Of a stretch of DNA of 22,090 nt, positions 7,479-16,500 are shown piece after piece (position 1 is the first letter of the stretch; every line of letters begins with the position of its first letter). The translations under genes and the position numbers were made by a program. The DNA is taken from the NCBI GenBank assembly GCA_050125095.1, contig JASFEA010000039.1, positions 1-22,090 of the forward strand, read 5' to 3'. The stretch is from a bacterium (GTDB lineage Bacteria > Arandabacterota > Arandabacteria > Arandabacterales > JALGWA01). The notes below the pieces were generated by a model. The model was not told the DNA's origin. It searched no databases and saw only the letters and a program-made list of their open reading frames with translations.

Positions 7479-10400
7479 TTGAGGCATGCCGACTTCGTCC
7501 ATCTTCACGTGCACTCGGATTACAGCCTGTTAGACGGCGCCGGCAGCATCCCCAAATACGTTCAGCGGGCGACCGAGCTCAACATGCCCGCGCTCGCGCT
7601 TACCGACCACGGCTCCATGTTCGGGGCCGTCTTCTTCTATAAGATGGCCATCAAGTCGGGCCTCAAGCCCATCGTCGGTTGCGAGCTCTATGTCACGAAG
7701 GGAAACAGGTTCGAGAAAAAAGCTCCCAAGCGCGGCGCGTGGGAGTCCCTGAATCACATCATACTCCTCGCGCGCGACATGGAGGGCTACAAGAACCTCA
7801 TGAAGCTCTCCTCTAGAGGTTACACGGAGGGTTTCTACTACAAGCCCAGGGTTGACTTCGACCTCCTTGCGGAGCACTCCGGAGGTGTGCTCGCGCTGGG
7901 CGCATGCATAAAGGGGCTGGTGAGCGACGAGATCATAAAGGACAGGCCGGGGGAGGCCAGGGCCCTGGCGGGCCGCCTCAGGGACATATACGGCCAGGAC
8001 AACTTCTACTTCGAGATTCAGGACCATGGCCTCCCGGAAGAGGAGAAGGCGACAGGGGGGCTACTGGAGCTCTCTAAGGAGATGGGCATACCCGTGGTCG
8101 CCACCAATGACTGCCACTACATTCACAGAAGCGACGCCAAGGCCCAGGACGTGCTTCTCTGCATACAGACGGGCCGTGACTTCGACGACCCCAACAGGCT
8201 CCGCTTCGCAAATGACCTCTTCTATCTCAAGACGCCCGAGGAGATGAAGGAGCTCTTCAAGGACGTGCCCGAGGCAATCACCAACACCATCGAAGTCGCG
8301 GAGAAATGCAACCTGGAGATGGAGCTCGGCGTGGTGCAGCTACCGCGATTCCCCATACCGGAAGGCTACGAGAACGCCGACGCATATCTGGAGAGCCTTG
8401 TCCGCGAGGGCCTCAAGCGCCGCTACCCCGAGTCGCCGCCCGAGGCGGCGGAGCGGCTCCAGTACGAGCTCCGCATAATCGAACAGATGAAGTACTCGGG
8501 CTATTTCCTCATCGTGAAGGATCTCATCGACAGGGCCAGGGAGATGGGGATCTCGGTGGGCCCGGGGAGGGGCTCGGCCGCCGGCAGCATCGTCTCGTAT
8601 TGCCTGGGCATAACCGACATCGATCCTCTCGAGTTCGGGCTTCTCTTCGAGCGTTTCCTCAATCCCGAGCGAATAAGCATGCCCGATATCGATATAGATT
8701 TCTGCGACCGCAGGCGCGACGAGATCATCGGGTACGTAGCCGAGAAATACGGCCGGGAGAGCGTTTCGCAGATCATCACCTTCGGCACGCTCGGCGCCAG
8801 GGCGGCCATAAGGGACGTGGGCCGGGTGCTCAAGGTGCCGCTTTCGGACGTCGACCGCATTGCCAAGCTCGTTCCGGCAGAGGTCGGCATAACCTTAGAC
8901 GGCGCCCTTGACCGGGTCGCCGAGCTCAAGCAGGCCGCCGACAGCGCCGAGTACGGCGAGCTCATAGCCTTAAGCAGGAAGCTCGAGGGCCTGGCAAGGC
9001 ACGCCTCCACGCATGCGGCCGGCGTTCTCATAACCCCGGGCAAGCTCATCGACTATGTCCCCCTCTACCGCGGCAACAGGGGAGAGATTGTCACCCAGTA
9101 CGACATGAAGTCGGTCGAGGACATCGGCCTTCTCAAGATGGACTTCCTGGGCCTCACGACTCTGAGCATTATTGAAGACGCACTGCGCATGATCAAGGAG
9201 CGGCACGGTGTCGACATTGTGCCCAGCGAGATAGGCATAGACGACCCGGAGGTCTACGCCATGCTCTCCAGGGGAGACACCATCGGCATCTTCCAGCTCG
9301 AGTCGAGCGGCATGCGGGACCTCTTGAGGCGGATCGCTCCCGAGAGATTCGAGGACATAGTGGCCATCAACGCTCTCTACAGGCCGGGCCCTTTGAGCAG
9401 CGAGATGGTCGACCTGTTCATAAAGCGCAAGCGCGGCCAGAAGGAAATAGACTACGAGCACCCGCTCCTGGAGCCCATCTTGAAGGACACGTACGGGGTC
9501 ATACTCTACCAGGAGCAGGTGATTGAGATAGCCAACAAGATGGCGGGTTTTTCCAAGGGGCAGGGCGACATCCTGAGAAAAGCCATGGGAAAGAAAGAGA
9601 TCGAGGTCATGGACCAGCAGCGCAGGAACTTCGTGCGCGGCGCCGTGGCCAACAAGATAAAGGAAGACCTGGCCGAGCGCATCTTCGGCAAGATCGCCTA
9701 TTTCGCCGGCTACGGTTTCAACAAGTCCCACAGCGCCGCCTATGCCATGCTCTCCTACCAGACGGCCTATCTCAAGACCAAGTACCCGGCTGAGTTCATG
9801 GCCGCGTGCCTGTCCAGCGAAATCGGGAACACCGACCGTATCGTGACGCTGCTTGAAGAGACGCGGCGCATGGGCATCAATGTGCTGCCGCCCGATGTCA
9901 ACGAGAGCCGCTTCGACTTCCGCGTTAAGGACGAGGGCATTCGCTTCGGGCTGCAGGCCATAAAGAACGTGGGCAGGGCGGCCATAGACGCCATAGTCCG
10001 GGCCAGGCAGAAGCGCGGCCGCATCATGAGCATATTCGAACTCTGCGAGTGGGTGGACCCGGGAAGCCTGAACAAGCGCGTCCTTGAGAGCCTCATAATG
10101 GCGGGCGCCCTTGACTCATTGAAGGGCCACAGGGCTCAGCTCATGGCCGCCGTGGAGACTGCCATGTCCGTAGGGGCCAGGACCCAGCGCGACAGGTCAT
10201 CCGGCCAGACCTCGCTGCTGGCCGTGCTCCAGGACCATGGCGAGGAGAACGGCATGGAGCGGGAGCTGCCGCATACGCCTGAGTGGTCGGAGATGACCAA
10301 GCTCTCGCATGAGAAGGAAGTGCTGGGATTCTACTGCTCCGGCCACCCGCTCTCGCGTTTCAAGCGCGAGATAGACTGGTTCACGACGGCGTCCCTGGAC

Positions 10401-10952
10401 CGGGCCCGCAGCCTCCGCGACGGCGCGCGCGTAGTGGTCGCGGGCATCATCTCGGACCGCAAGATCCACCTGGGCAAGCGAGGCCAGCGAGTAGGCTTCC
10501 TTACGCTCGAGGACCTCACCGGCGCCATGGAGGCCATCGTCTTCGACGACAAGATAAGGGCCCGGGGCGACGACCTCGTCCAGGGCAACATGATCATGGT
10601 ATCGGGCACCATATCGATACGCAAGGAGGACTCGCCCAAGATAAGGGTGAATGATTTCATAGACATGGAGGCGTCCATCGAGAAGATGGCCGGAGGCATG
10701 GAGCTCTCCGTGGACCACGAGTCCTTCACCCATGACGGCCTGGACATCCTCACCGGCATACTCGACTCGAGTCCCGGCGACGTGCCCGTATCCATCGTGG
10801 TGTGCGGTGCGGAGGAGGGGGACCTCGAGATAGACGTTCCCGAGGTGCACATAAAGCCCTCCAGAGACCTCATCTCGGCCACAATGAACGTGGTCGGCGT
10901 CAAAGACGTGAGGCTGCTCCCCAGGACGCGGAATCAAGGCGGCCGGATATAG
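7479..10952 (+). CDS. dnaE: DNA polymerase III subunit alpha
   Basis: PHP domain (HLHVHSDYSLLDG, TDHG, GCELY, ATNDCHY), GRGSAAGS, catalytic MPDIDIDF and KMDFLG, YGFNKSH, clamp-binding-like QTSLL and OB fold. 1157 aa, TTG start, no intein. Confidence 0.99.
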   Translation: MRHADFVHLHVHSDYSLLDGAGSIPKYVQRATELNMPALALTDHGSMFGAVFFYKMAIKSGLKPIVGCELYVTKGNRFEKKAPKRGAWESLNHIILLARDMEGYKNLMKLSSRGYTEGFYYKPRVDFDLLAEHSGGVLALGACIKGLVSDEIIKDRPGEARALAGRLRDIYGQDNFYFEIQDHGLPEEEKATGGLLELSKEMGIPVVATNDCHYIHRSDAKAQDVLLCIQTGRDFDDPNRLRFANDLFYLKTPEEMKELFKDVPEAITNTIEVAEKCNLEMELGVVQLPRFPIPEGYENADAYLESLVREGLKRRYPESPPEAAERLQYELRIIEQMKYSGYFLIVKDLIDRAREMGISVGPGRGSAAGSIVSYCLGITDIDPLEFGLLFERFLNPERISMPDIDIDFCDRRRDEIIGYVAEKYGRESVSQIITFGTLGARAAIRDVGRVLKVPLSDVDRIAKLVPAEVGITLDGALDRVAELKQAADSAEYGELIALSRKLEGLARHASTHAAGVLITPGKLIDYVPLYRGNRGEIVTQYDMKSVEDIGLLKMDFLGLTTLSIIEDALRMIKERHGVDIVPSEIGIDDPEVYAMLSRGDTIGIFQLESSGMRDLLRRIAPERFEDIVAINALYRPGPLSSEMVDLFIKRKRGQKEIDYEHPLLEPILKDTYGVILYQEQVIEIANKMAGFSKGQGDILRKAMGKKEIEVMDQQRRNFVRGAVANKIKEDLAERIFGKIAYFAGYGFNKSHSAAYAMLSYQTAYLKTKYPAEFMAACLSSEIGNTDRIVTLLEETRRMGINVLPPDVNESRFDFRVKDEGIRFGLQAIKNVGRAAIDAIVRARQKRGRIMSIFELCEWVDPGSLNKRVLESLIMAGALDSLKGHRAQLMAAVETAMSVGARTQRDRSSGQTSLLAVLQDHGEENGMERELPHTPEWSEMTKLSHEKEVLGFYCSGHPLSRFKREIDWFTTASLDRARSLRDGARVVVAGIISDRKIHLGKRGQRVGFLTLEDLTGAMEAIVFDDKIRARGDDLVQGNMIMVSGTISIRKEDSPKIRVNDFIDMEASIEKMAGGMELSVDHESFTHDGLDILTGILDSSPGDVPVSIVVCGAEEGDLEIDVPEVHIKPSRDLISATMNVVGVKDVRLLPRTRNQGGRI

Positions 10953-10956
10953 TATA

Positions 10957-10985
10957 TTGACGGTCTCTCCTCATTCTGATACCTT
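10957..10985 (+). promoter_or_regulatory. Sigma70-type promoter for the yjbH-like gene and accA
   Basis: TTGACG (10957-10962), 17 nt, TACCTT (10980-10985) with a TGn extension, in the short intergenic gap after dnaE. Confidence 0.55.
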
Positions 10986-11021
10986 TTGCTTGTCCTGCCC
11001 TCCATTGGAAGGGGGTACATA

Positions 11022-11822
11022 TTGCGCCGCAGACTGGCTGTGAGCGCCGCGGTGACGTGCATTCTCATCGCGGCCTGTCCGGCTCATGCCCAGGACGGTT
11101 ATGAGTATGAGCTGGTGTATCAGCCCCTGTATGTAGTGGATACCCCGACCGGCGGGCTGCTGCCGAGGGCCAGCATGCAGGTCAGGGTTTATGTTTACGG
11201 TGGGGGCGGGGTGTTGTCGACCCTGAACGTGGGAGTCACCGACTTCCTGTTTTTCGGCATATCCTACGGCGGGGGGAACGTCATCGGCACCGGAGACGTG
11301 GAGATGAACCCGCGCCCGGAGGTCAACGCGCGGCTGAGGCTCATACAGGAGACCCTCATGGCGCCGGCCGTAGCCATAGGCTTCGACTCGCAGGGCCTTG
11401 GCGCTTACATTGACAGCCTGGACAGGTACGCGGAGAAGTCGAGGGGCCTTTACGCCGTGGCCAGCAAGAACTGGGACCTCCTGGGCCCTTTCTCGCTGCA
11501 CGGCGGCGTGAACTACTCGTTCGAGGGACGGGCATATGACTCGGACCTCAACGCGTTCCTGGGGCTCATCAAGACGTTCGGGCCCGTGGACATCTCCGCC
11601 GAGTACGACTTCGCGTTCAATGACAACGAAGCCGAAGGCGACAGGTATAGCCCCGAGAATCACGGGTATATGAACTTCGCCATCGGCTGGAATATAAACG
11701 AGAACTTCCGGCTGGCCATTGAAGCGAGAGACGTGCTCTCGGGCAGGCTCGATGAGGGCGGGACGGGCGGTTGGAGAGAGTGGCACCGGGGCCTGAAGCT
11801 GGAGTACAGGAATCTGTTTTAG
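11022..11822 (+). CDS. Outer-membrane beta-barrel protein, YjbH-domain-like
   Basis: TTG start at 11022 after GAAGGGGG. Signal peptide ending AHA-Q, a VDTPTGGLL motif, amphipathic beta-strands and C-terminal LKLEYRNLF beta-signal. The family name comes from motif recall. Confidence 0.7.
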   Translation: MRRRLAVSAAVTCILIAACPAHAQDGYEYELVYQPLYVVDTPTGGLLPRASMQVRVYVYGGGGVLSTLNVGVTDFLFFGISYGGGNVIGTGDVEMNPRPEVNARLRLIQETLMAPAVAIGFDSQGLGAYIDSLDRYAEKSRGLYAVASKNWDLLGPFSLHGGVNYSFEGRAYDSDLNAFLGLIKTFGPVDISAEYDFAFNDNEAEGDRYSPENHGYMNFAIGWNINENFRLAIEARDVLSGRLDEGGTGGWREWHRGLKLEYRNLF

Positions 11823-11845
11823 ACGATAGGCTAGGGGACGGGTTT

Positions 11846-12799
11846 ATGGAGTCATGGCTTGATTTCGAGAAGCCCCTTATGGAGCTTGAGAAGCGCATAC
11901 GCGATCTCAAGTTGCTGTCCAAGGAGGGCCATCCCGAGATCGAGGATGAGGTAAAACGCCTCGAACGCATCGCCGAGAAGAAGCGCGAGGAGACCTATCA
12001 GAACCTGAGCGGTTGGGAACGGGTGCAGCTCGCCCGCCATCCCTTGCGCCCCTATACCCTGGATTACCTCAGCGCCCTGGTCCCCGACTTCGTGGAGCTT
12101 CACGGCGACCGGCTATTCAGCGACGACAGGGCGATCGTGGCCGGCCCGGGGACGATTGAGGGCAGGCGCCTCTTCATCATCGGCCAGCAGAAGGGACGCG
12201 ACACCAAAGAAAACCTCAAGCGCAACTTCGGCAGCCCCCACCCGGAGGGCTATCGCAAGGCCCTGAGGATAATGCACATGGCGGCCAAGTTCGGGAAACC
12301 CGTACTCACGCTCGTCGACACGCCCGGCGCCTTCCCGGGGATCGGCGCGGAGGAGAGGGGGCAGGCCGAAGCTATAGCCCGGAACATTTTCGAAATGGCC
12401 AGGCTGCCCGTTCCCATATTGGCCGTCATTATCGGGGAGGGCGGAAGCGGCGGCGCCCTGGCCATTGCGGTCGGGGATACCGTGCTCATGATGGAATACG
12501 CCATCTATTCGGTCATATCCCCGGAGGGCTGCGCCGCCATTCTGTGGGCGGACAGGGCAAAGGCCCCGGATGCTGCCGAGTCCTTGAGGCTTACGGCGCC
12601 CGACCTCCTCAGGCTCGGCGTAATAGACGGGGTGATCCCCGAGCCGGTCGGAGGGGCTCACAGGGGGCCTGCGGAGGCGGCCGAGTCCCTGAAGCGGGCG
12701 ATAGTGGAGAACGTAGACAGGTTAAGCAATATCCCGGTAGATGACCTGCTCAATCGCAGGCTGGAGAAATACTCCAAGATGGGCACATTCCTGGAGTGA
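11846..12799 (+). CDS. accA: Acetyl-CoA carboxylase carboxyltransferase subunit alpha
   Basis: Start moved to ATG 11846 (MESWLDFEKP). Motifs ARHPLRPYTLDY, ELHGDR, PEGYRKALR, DTPGAFPGIGAEERGQ, GEGGSGGALA, YSVISPEGCAAILW and EPVGGAHR. Confidence 0.98.
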   Translation: MESWLDFEKPLMELEKRIRDLKLLSKEGHPEIEDEVKRLERIAEKKREETYQNLSGWERVQLARHPLRPYTLDYLSALVPDFVELHGDRLFSDDRAIVAGPGTIEGRRLFIIGQQKGRDTKENLKRNFGSPHPEGYRKALRIMHMAAKFGKPVLTLVDTPGAFPGIGAEERGQAEAIARNIFEMARLPVPILAVIIGEGGSGGALAIAVGDTVLMMEYAIYSVISPEGCAAILWADRAKAPDAAESLRLTAPDLLRLGVIDGVIPEPVGGAHRGPAEAAESLKRAIVENVDRLSNIPVDDLLNRRLEKYSKMGTFLE

Positions 12800-12807
12800 A
12801 TATAGGC

Positions 12808-12836
12808 TTGACCGCTGGCAGGGCGCTTATTAAATT
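12808..12836 (+). promoter_or_regulatory. Sigma70-type promoter
   Basis: TTGACC (12808-12813), 17 nt, TAAATT (12831-12836), just after the accA stop. Confidence 0.65.
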
Positions 12837-12840
12837 AAGG

Positions 12841-12920
12841 GTGGTTCCGGCTCCCGATAACAAAGGGAGAGTATATTGATAAGTACAACTATCGCCGGGC
12901 GCGGCTGCCCGGTTTTTTAA
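12841..12920 (+). ncRNA. Candidate structured leader (attenuator/riboswitch-like) or small RNA
   Basis: About 80 nt between a promoter and an intrinsic terminator, with hairpins CTCCC-GATAACAAA-GGGAG and GATA...TATC. TCCGGC (12846-12851) can pair with the terminator 5' arm. No known family recognised. Confidence 0.4.
12895..12918 (+). terminator. Rho-independent terminator
   Basis: Stem CCGGGC (12895-12900) / GCCCGG (12907-12912), loop GCGGCT, followed by TTTTTT (12913-12918). Confidence 0.8.
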
Positions 12921-12934
12921 TCGGGGGTGGGCCG

Positions 12935-13105
12935 TTGCCTCTTGACGACAATATACTCGACATTCTGGTTTGCCCGAAGTGCAAGGGTGACCTCGAGTAC
13001 GACAGGGAGAAAAACAGGCTCATCTGCAGGTCCTGTTGCCTGGCGTACCCGGTCAAGGACGACATACCCATTATGCTGGAGAATGAAGCGGAGAGGGTGG
13101 ACTAG
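12935..13105 (+). CDS. Trm112/YcaR-family small protein (56 aa)
   Basis: Translated by hand, below the ORF-track cutoff: [56 protein letters not shown]. It has the LDILVCPxCK...[11 protein letters not shown] signature and a TTG start after GGGGGTGG. Confidence 0.93.
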   Translation: MPLDDNILDILVCPKCKGDLEYDREKNRLICRSCCLAYPVKDDIPIMLENEAERVD

Positions 13106-13108
13106 GGT

Positions 13109-13531
13109 ATGTGTTCAGTGACGCATGTGGCGGTCGGCGCTCTCGTAGGCAGTTTTTTCGGGAGCAGCCTGGCGAGTTTCCTGGTGGGCCTCGCATCACA
13201 TATACCGCTCGATATCATTCCGCATCTGGACTTTGAGAATCTCTGGGTGGACGCCGCGCTCACCGTCGCCCTGCTCCTGGGCGTGCTCGTTATGTTCGGT
13301 TTCTCGCCCGTATTCTTCGGAGCTCTGGGGGCGGTCGCGCCCGACCTGGAGAATCTGCTCTGGAGACTGGGCGTGCTGCCGGAGGAGCGCAAGATCTTCC
13401 CGACGCATTCGGGCCTCTTAAAACACGGGACGACCAGGTCTGCGAGGGGCTTCTGGCCAAGCCTGGCCATGGTGGCCGTCTCGGTAGCCATAGTGGCCGT
13501 CGCCGCAATCATCGAAGGGGGTCGGAGTTGA
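13109..13531 (+). CDS. Small integral membrane protein with His/Asp motifs, YdjM-like metal-dependent hydrolase candidate
   Basis: Several hydrophobic segments with TH, SHIPLDIIPHLD, GAVAPDLE and FPTH...KH motifs. Its stop overlaps the porU start (TTGA). Confidence 0.6.
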   Translation: MCSVTHVAVGALVGSFFGSSLASFLVGLASHIPLDIIPHLDFENLWVDAALTVALLLGVLVMFGFSPVFFGALGAVAPDLENLLWRLGVLPEERKIFPTHSGLLKHGTTRSARGFWPSLAMVAVSVAIVAVAAIIEGGRS

Positions 13532-16500
13532 GAAGAGGCGCCTTTCTGCTCCTGTCCGTCCTGCTGGCCGCCGCGCCTTACGCGGGCTCGTATGAGATCA
13601 CCGCGCAGGACGACACGGGCATAGGCCTCGCCTTTGACTTCTCGGATTTGAGCGACATATACGACGATGCGGGCCGTTGGGCGGGATGCCGCGTGCCCGG
13701 CTTCTCGACCTCGCTCGTCGAGAGTTCGGGCCTCAACATACCGGCCGATGTAATGCTTTTCGCCATACCGCCGGCCGGCGACGTGCGTGTCTCGGTTGAG
13801 AGCGCGACCGTCCGCGGAGAACGCATGCCGGGTCCGGGGTCGTGGGAGCGGGGCCTCTCAGATGAGGTCGAGAGACTGCCCGCTCTGCCGGCGGAGATAA
13901 CATCCACAGGCTTCATGCGCGGTCAGCGCATAGCGGCCCTCAGAATATGCCCGGCGGTTTTCGACCCCGTGAGGAACGTCTTCCGCATCTATGAGAGGCT
14001 CAGCGTGAGGCTCGCCTTCACGGGAGCCGGCGCCGGTCTGGCTTCGTCGCCGGCGACGCCCGTTGAGGATCCCTTCGAGGAAGTGTATGAGAGCCTGCTG
14101 GTGAACCACGAGCAGGGGAGGGCCTGGCGCAGACGGCCGGACAAGGCTCCGCTCCGTGCCGCGGAGAACGATTACTTCTCTGATTCGCCGAACTGGGTCA
14201 AGGTCAGGATCGAATCGACCGGCATTCACAGAATAGAGGGAGTGGACCTGGCGGCGGCGGGTGTCAGCCTGGCCTCCATAAACCCAGCGACACTGAGGCT
14301 GTACGGCGGTGGCGGGCTCCCCTTAAGCGAGAACCTGCTCGATGATAATCCGGCGTGGATGACGCAGATGGCGCTGAAAGTCGACGCCGGGGGAGACGGC
14401 AGTTTCGATCCGGAAGACGAACTAATCTTCTACGCGCTCGGCGTCAGGGACTGGACCAATCTCTTTGAACCCGGCCGAAGCGAGGAGTCATATTACAAAT
14501 CCTTCTTCTCGGACTACAACTACTACTGGGTGACCTGGGGAGGCACCTTCTCAAGCCCGCCCAAGCCGATGAGCACGCGTGACCTGCCGGGCTGCAGCGG
14601 CTGCGAGTTCTACCAGCCGCCGTCTTTCCTGGAGCGGGTGCACGTGGAGAGAGACGCCCTGAGCGACTTCAACGTCCGGGCGGAAGACGGGTGGTACTGG
14701 CGGCCGCTAAGGCTGGACGAGACGGTAAGGCTGTCGCCCGATACCCCGTTTCCGGACACGTCCCGCAAGGGCAAGGCCAGGGTTCGCGTGGCGGACTGGC
14801 ATCCATCGGACGAGTGCATCGGCCAGTACTACAGGCTGCTGATGGGATTCAGCGGATATACGGTCTCCGACAGCATATGGCAGGCGTCTTTTACCTGGAG
14901 AGGCGTCATGGACCTGGACGCCCCGGTGACGCTTCTGAATAAGGACGAGCAGGATCTCACCGTCAAGATGTCGCGCGACATTCCCCCTTCCTATCCTGGG
15001 TCCTACTGCGGCAAGCTTTACCTTGCGTGGTATGAGTTGTACTACTGGCGCCGGTTCATCGCGCTCGGCAACAGGCTCGGCTTCTTCTCGCCCGATACGA
15101 CCTGCCTGGCCAGGTACGAGGCGGGAGGATTCACGAGCCCTTCCGTTTACGCCTTCGACGTCACAGACCAGTTCAACGTTGCCGAGCTGAGCGGTTTCGA
15201 TGTAACGGGCACCACTAATTTCCAGGTGAGCTTCTATGACAGCGCCTACGAGGGAGGGCTCAGGCGCTATGCGCTTACAACCGGCAGTAATCTCATGAAG
15301 CCCGTCGGCCTCACCGTGGAGACCATAAGCGACATACGCAACCGTCCGGGCAACGACTATCTCATAATCACCCATGACAACCTCATGGGCGCCGCCCTTG
15401 AGATGAGGGATCTCTATGGCGGCGAGATCGTTACCGTGGACGAGATATACGACGAATTCGGCTGGGGCGTTCCAGACGTTACGGCCATACGTGACTTCCT
15501 GAGATGGAGGTATGATACGGGGGCCTCTCTCCACTACGTGCTGCTGCTGGGCGATGCGACCTGGGACTACAAGGGCTACCATTCGACCGGGGGCTACCCG
15601 AATTACGTGCCCTCATACGAAAGAAGATACCTGCCCCCGGTAGGCGACCCGTACTGCACGGACGACTTCTTCGGTTATCTCACGCCCAATAAACCTGACG
15701 GGTCGGAGATAGAGGACAGCGTGGACTTTTATTTGGACGTTGCAATGGCGCGGATAGCAGCTCCTTCGGCGGGCGAGGCGAACCTCCTGGTGGAGAAGAA
15801 CATCGCCTATCGAACCGACCCGGTTGCGGGGAGATGGCAGAACCGGGTATGTCTCGTCGCCGACGACGACAGGATAGGCAACCGCTGCGATGCGCGCGCT
15901 CATACAGTAGACATGGAAAATATAGACGACGCGTCCTACCCGCTCGAATTCGACAGGACCAAGATATACCTCGTCGAGTACCCATTCGACCAGGGCGGAC
16001 TGAAGCCGGAGTCCAGGGCCGACTTCATAGCCACCCTCAATTCAGGTGTGCTGATGGCGAATTATGTCGGGCACGGCGATGAGCACAGGATGGCGCAGGA
16101 AGAGGTTCTGAACCCCTCTTCGATACCTCTTATTAACACCGGCAGGAAGGAATTCTTCTTAATAGCCGCGACGTGCAATGTAAGCAGATTCGATGAAGTC
16201 ACGCTTTCGTCGATGGCCGAGGACCTCATCAAGAGGCCCAACGGGGGCGCCGTCGGCTCGTTCGCTTCGACGCATTTCTGTATACCCGAGCGCAACAAGA
16301 GGCTCAATACCGAGTTCGTGGCCAACCTGTACCCGGAAGGGGACGTGCATACGGTGCGACCGGTGGCCGACGCGGTTGTGGTAGCCAAGGCGAAGACCGG
16401 CGCGTTCGGTTCGGCTTACAGGACCAACAACGAGATGTTCGCCCTGCTCGCGGACCCGCGTCTCGAGCTATGCGCGCCCGAGCTGGAGGTTGAGTTCGAC

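Noticed and set aside
7479-10952. Intein or split in dnaE
   Set aside because: Normal length and continuous motifs, with no intein splice signatures seen.
7530-12661. Long minus-strand ORFs over dnaE, the yjbH-like gene and accA (e.g. 8970..9731, 10197..10937, 10971..11786)
   Set aside because: Typical GC-rich antisense frames with no motifs, opposite well-conserved genes.
12889-13121. Listed ORFs 12927..13121 (+) and 12889..13071 (-)
   Set aside because: The unlisted frame 12935..13105 encodes a clear Trm112-family protein.
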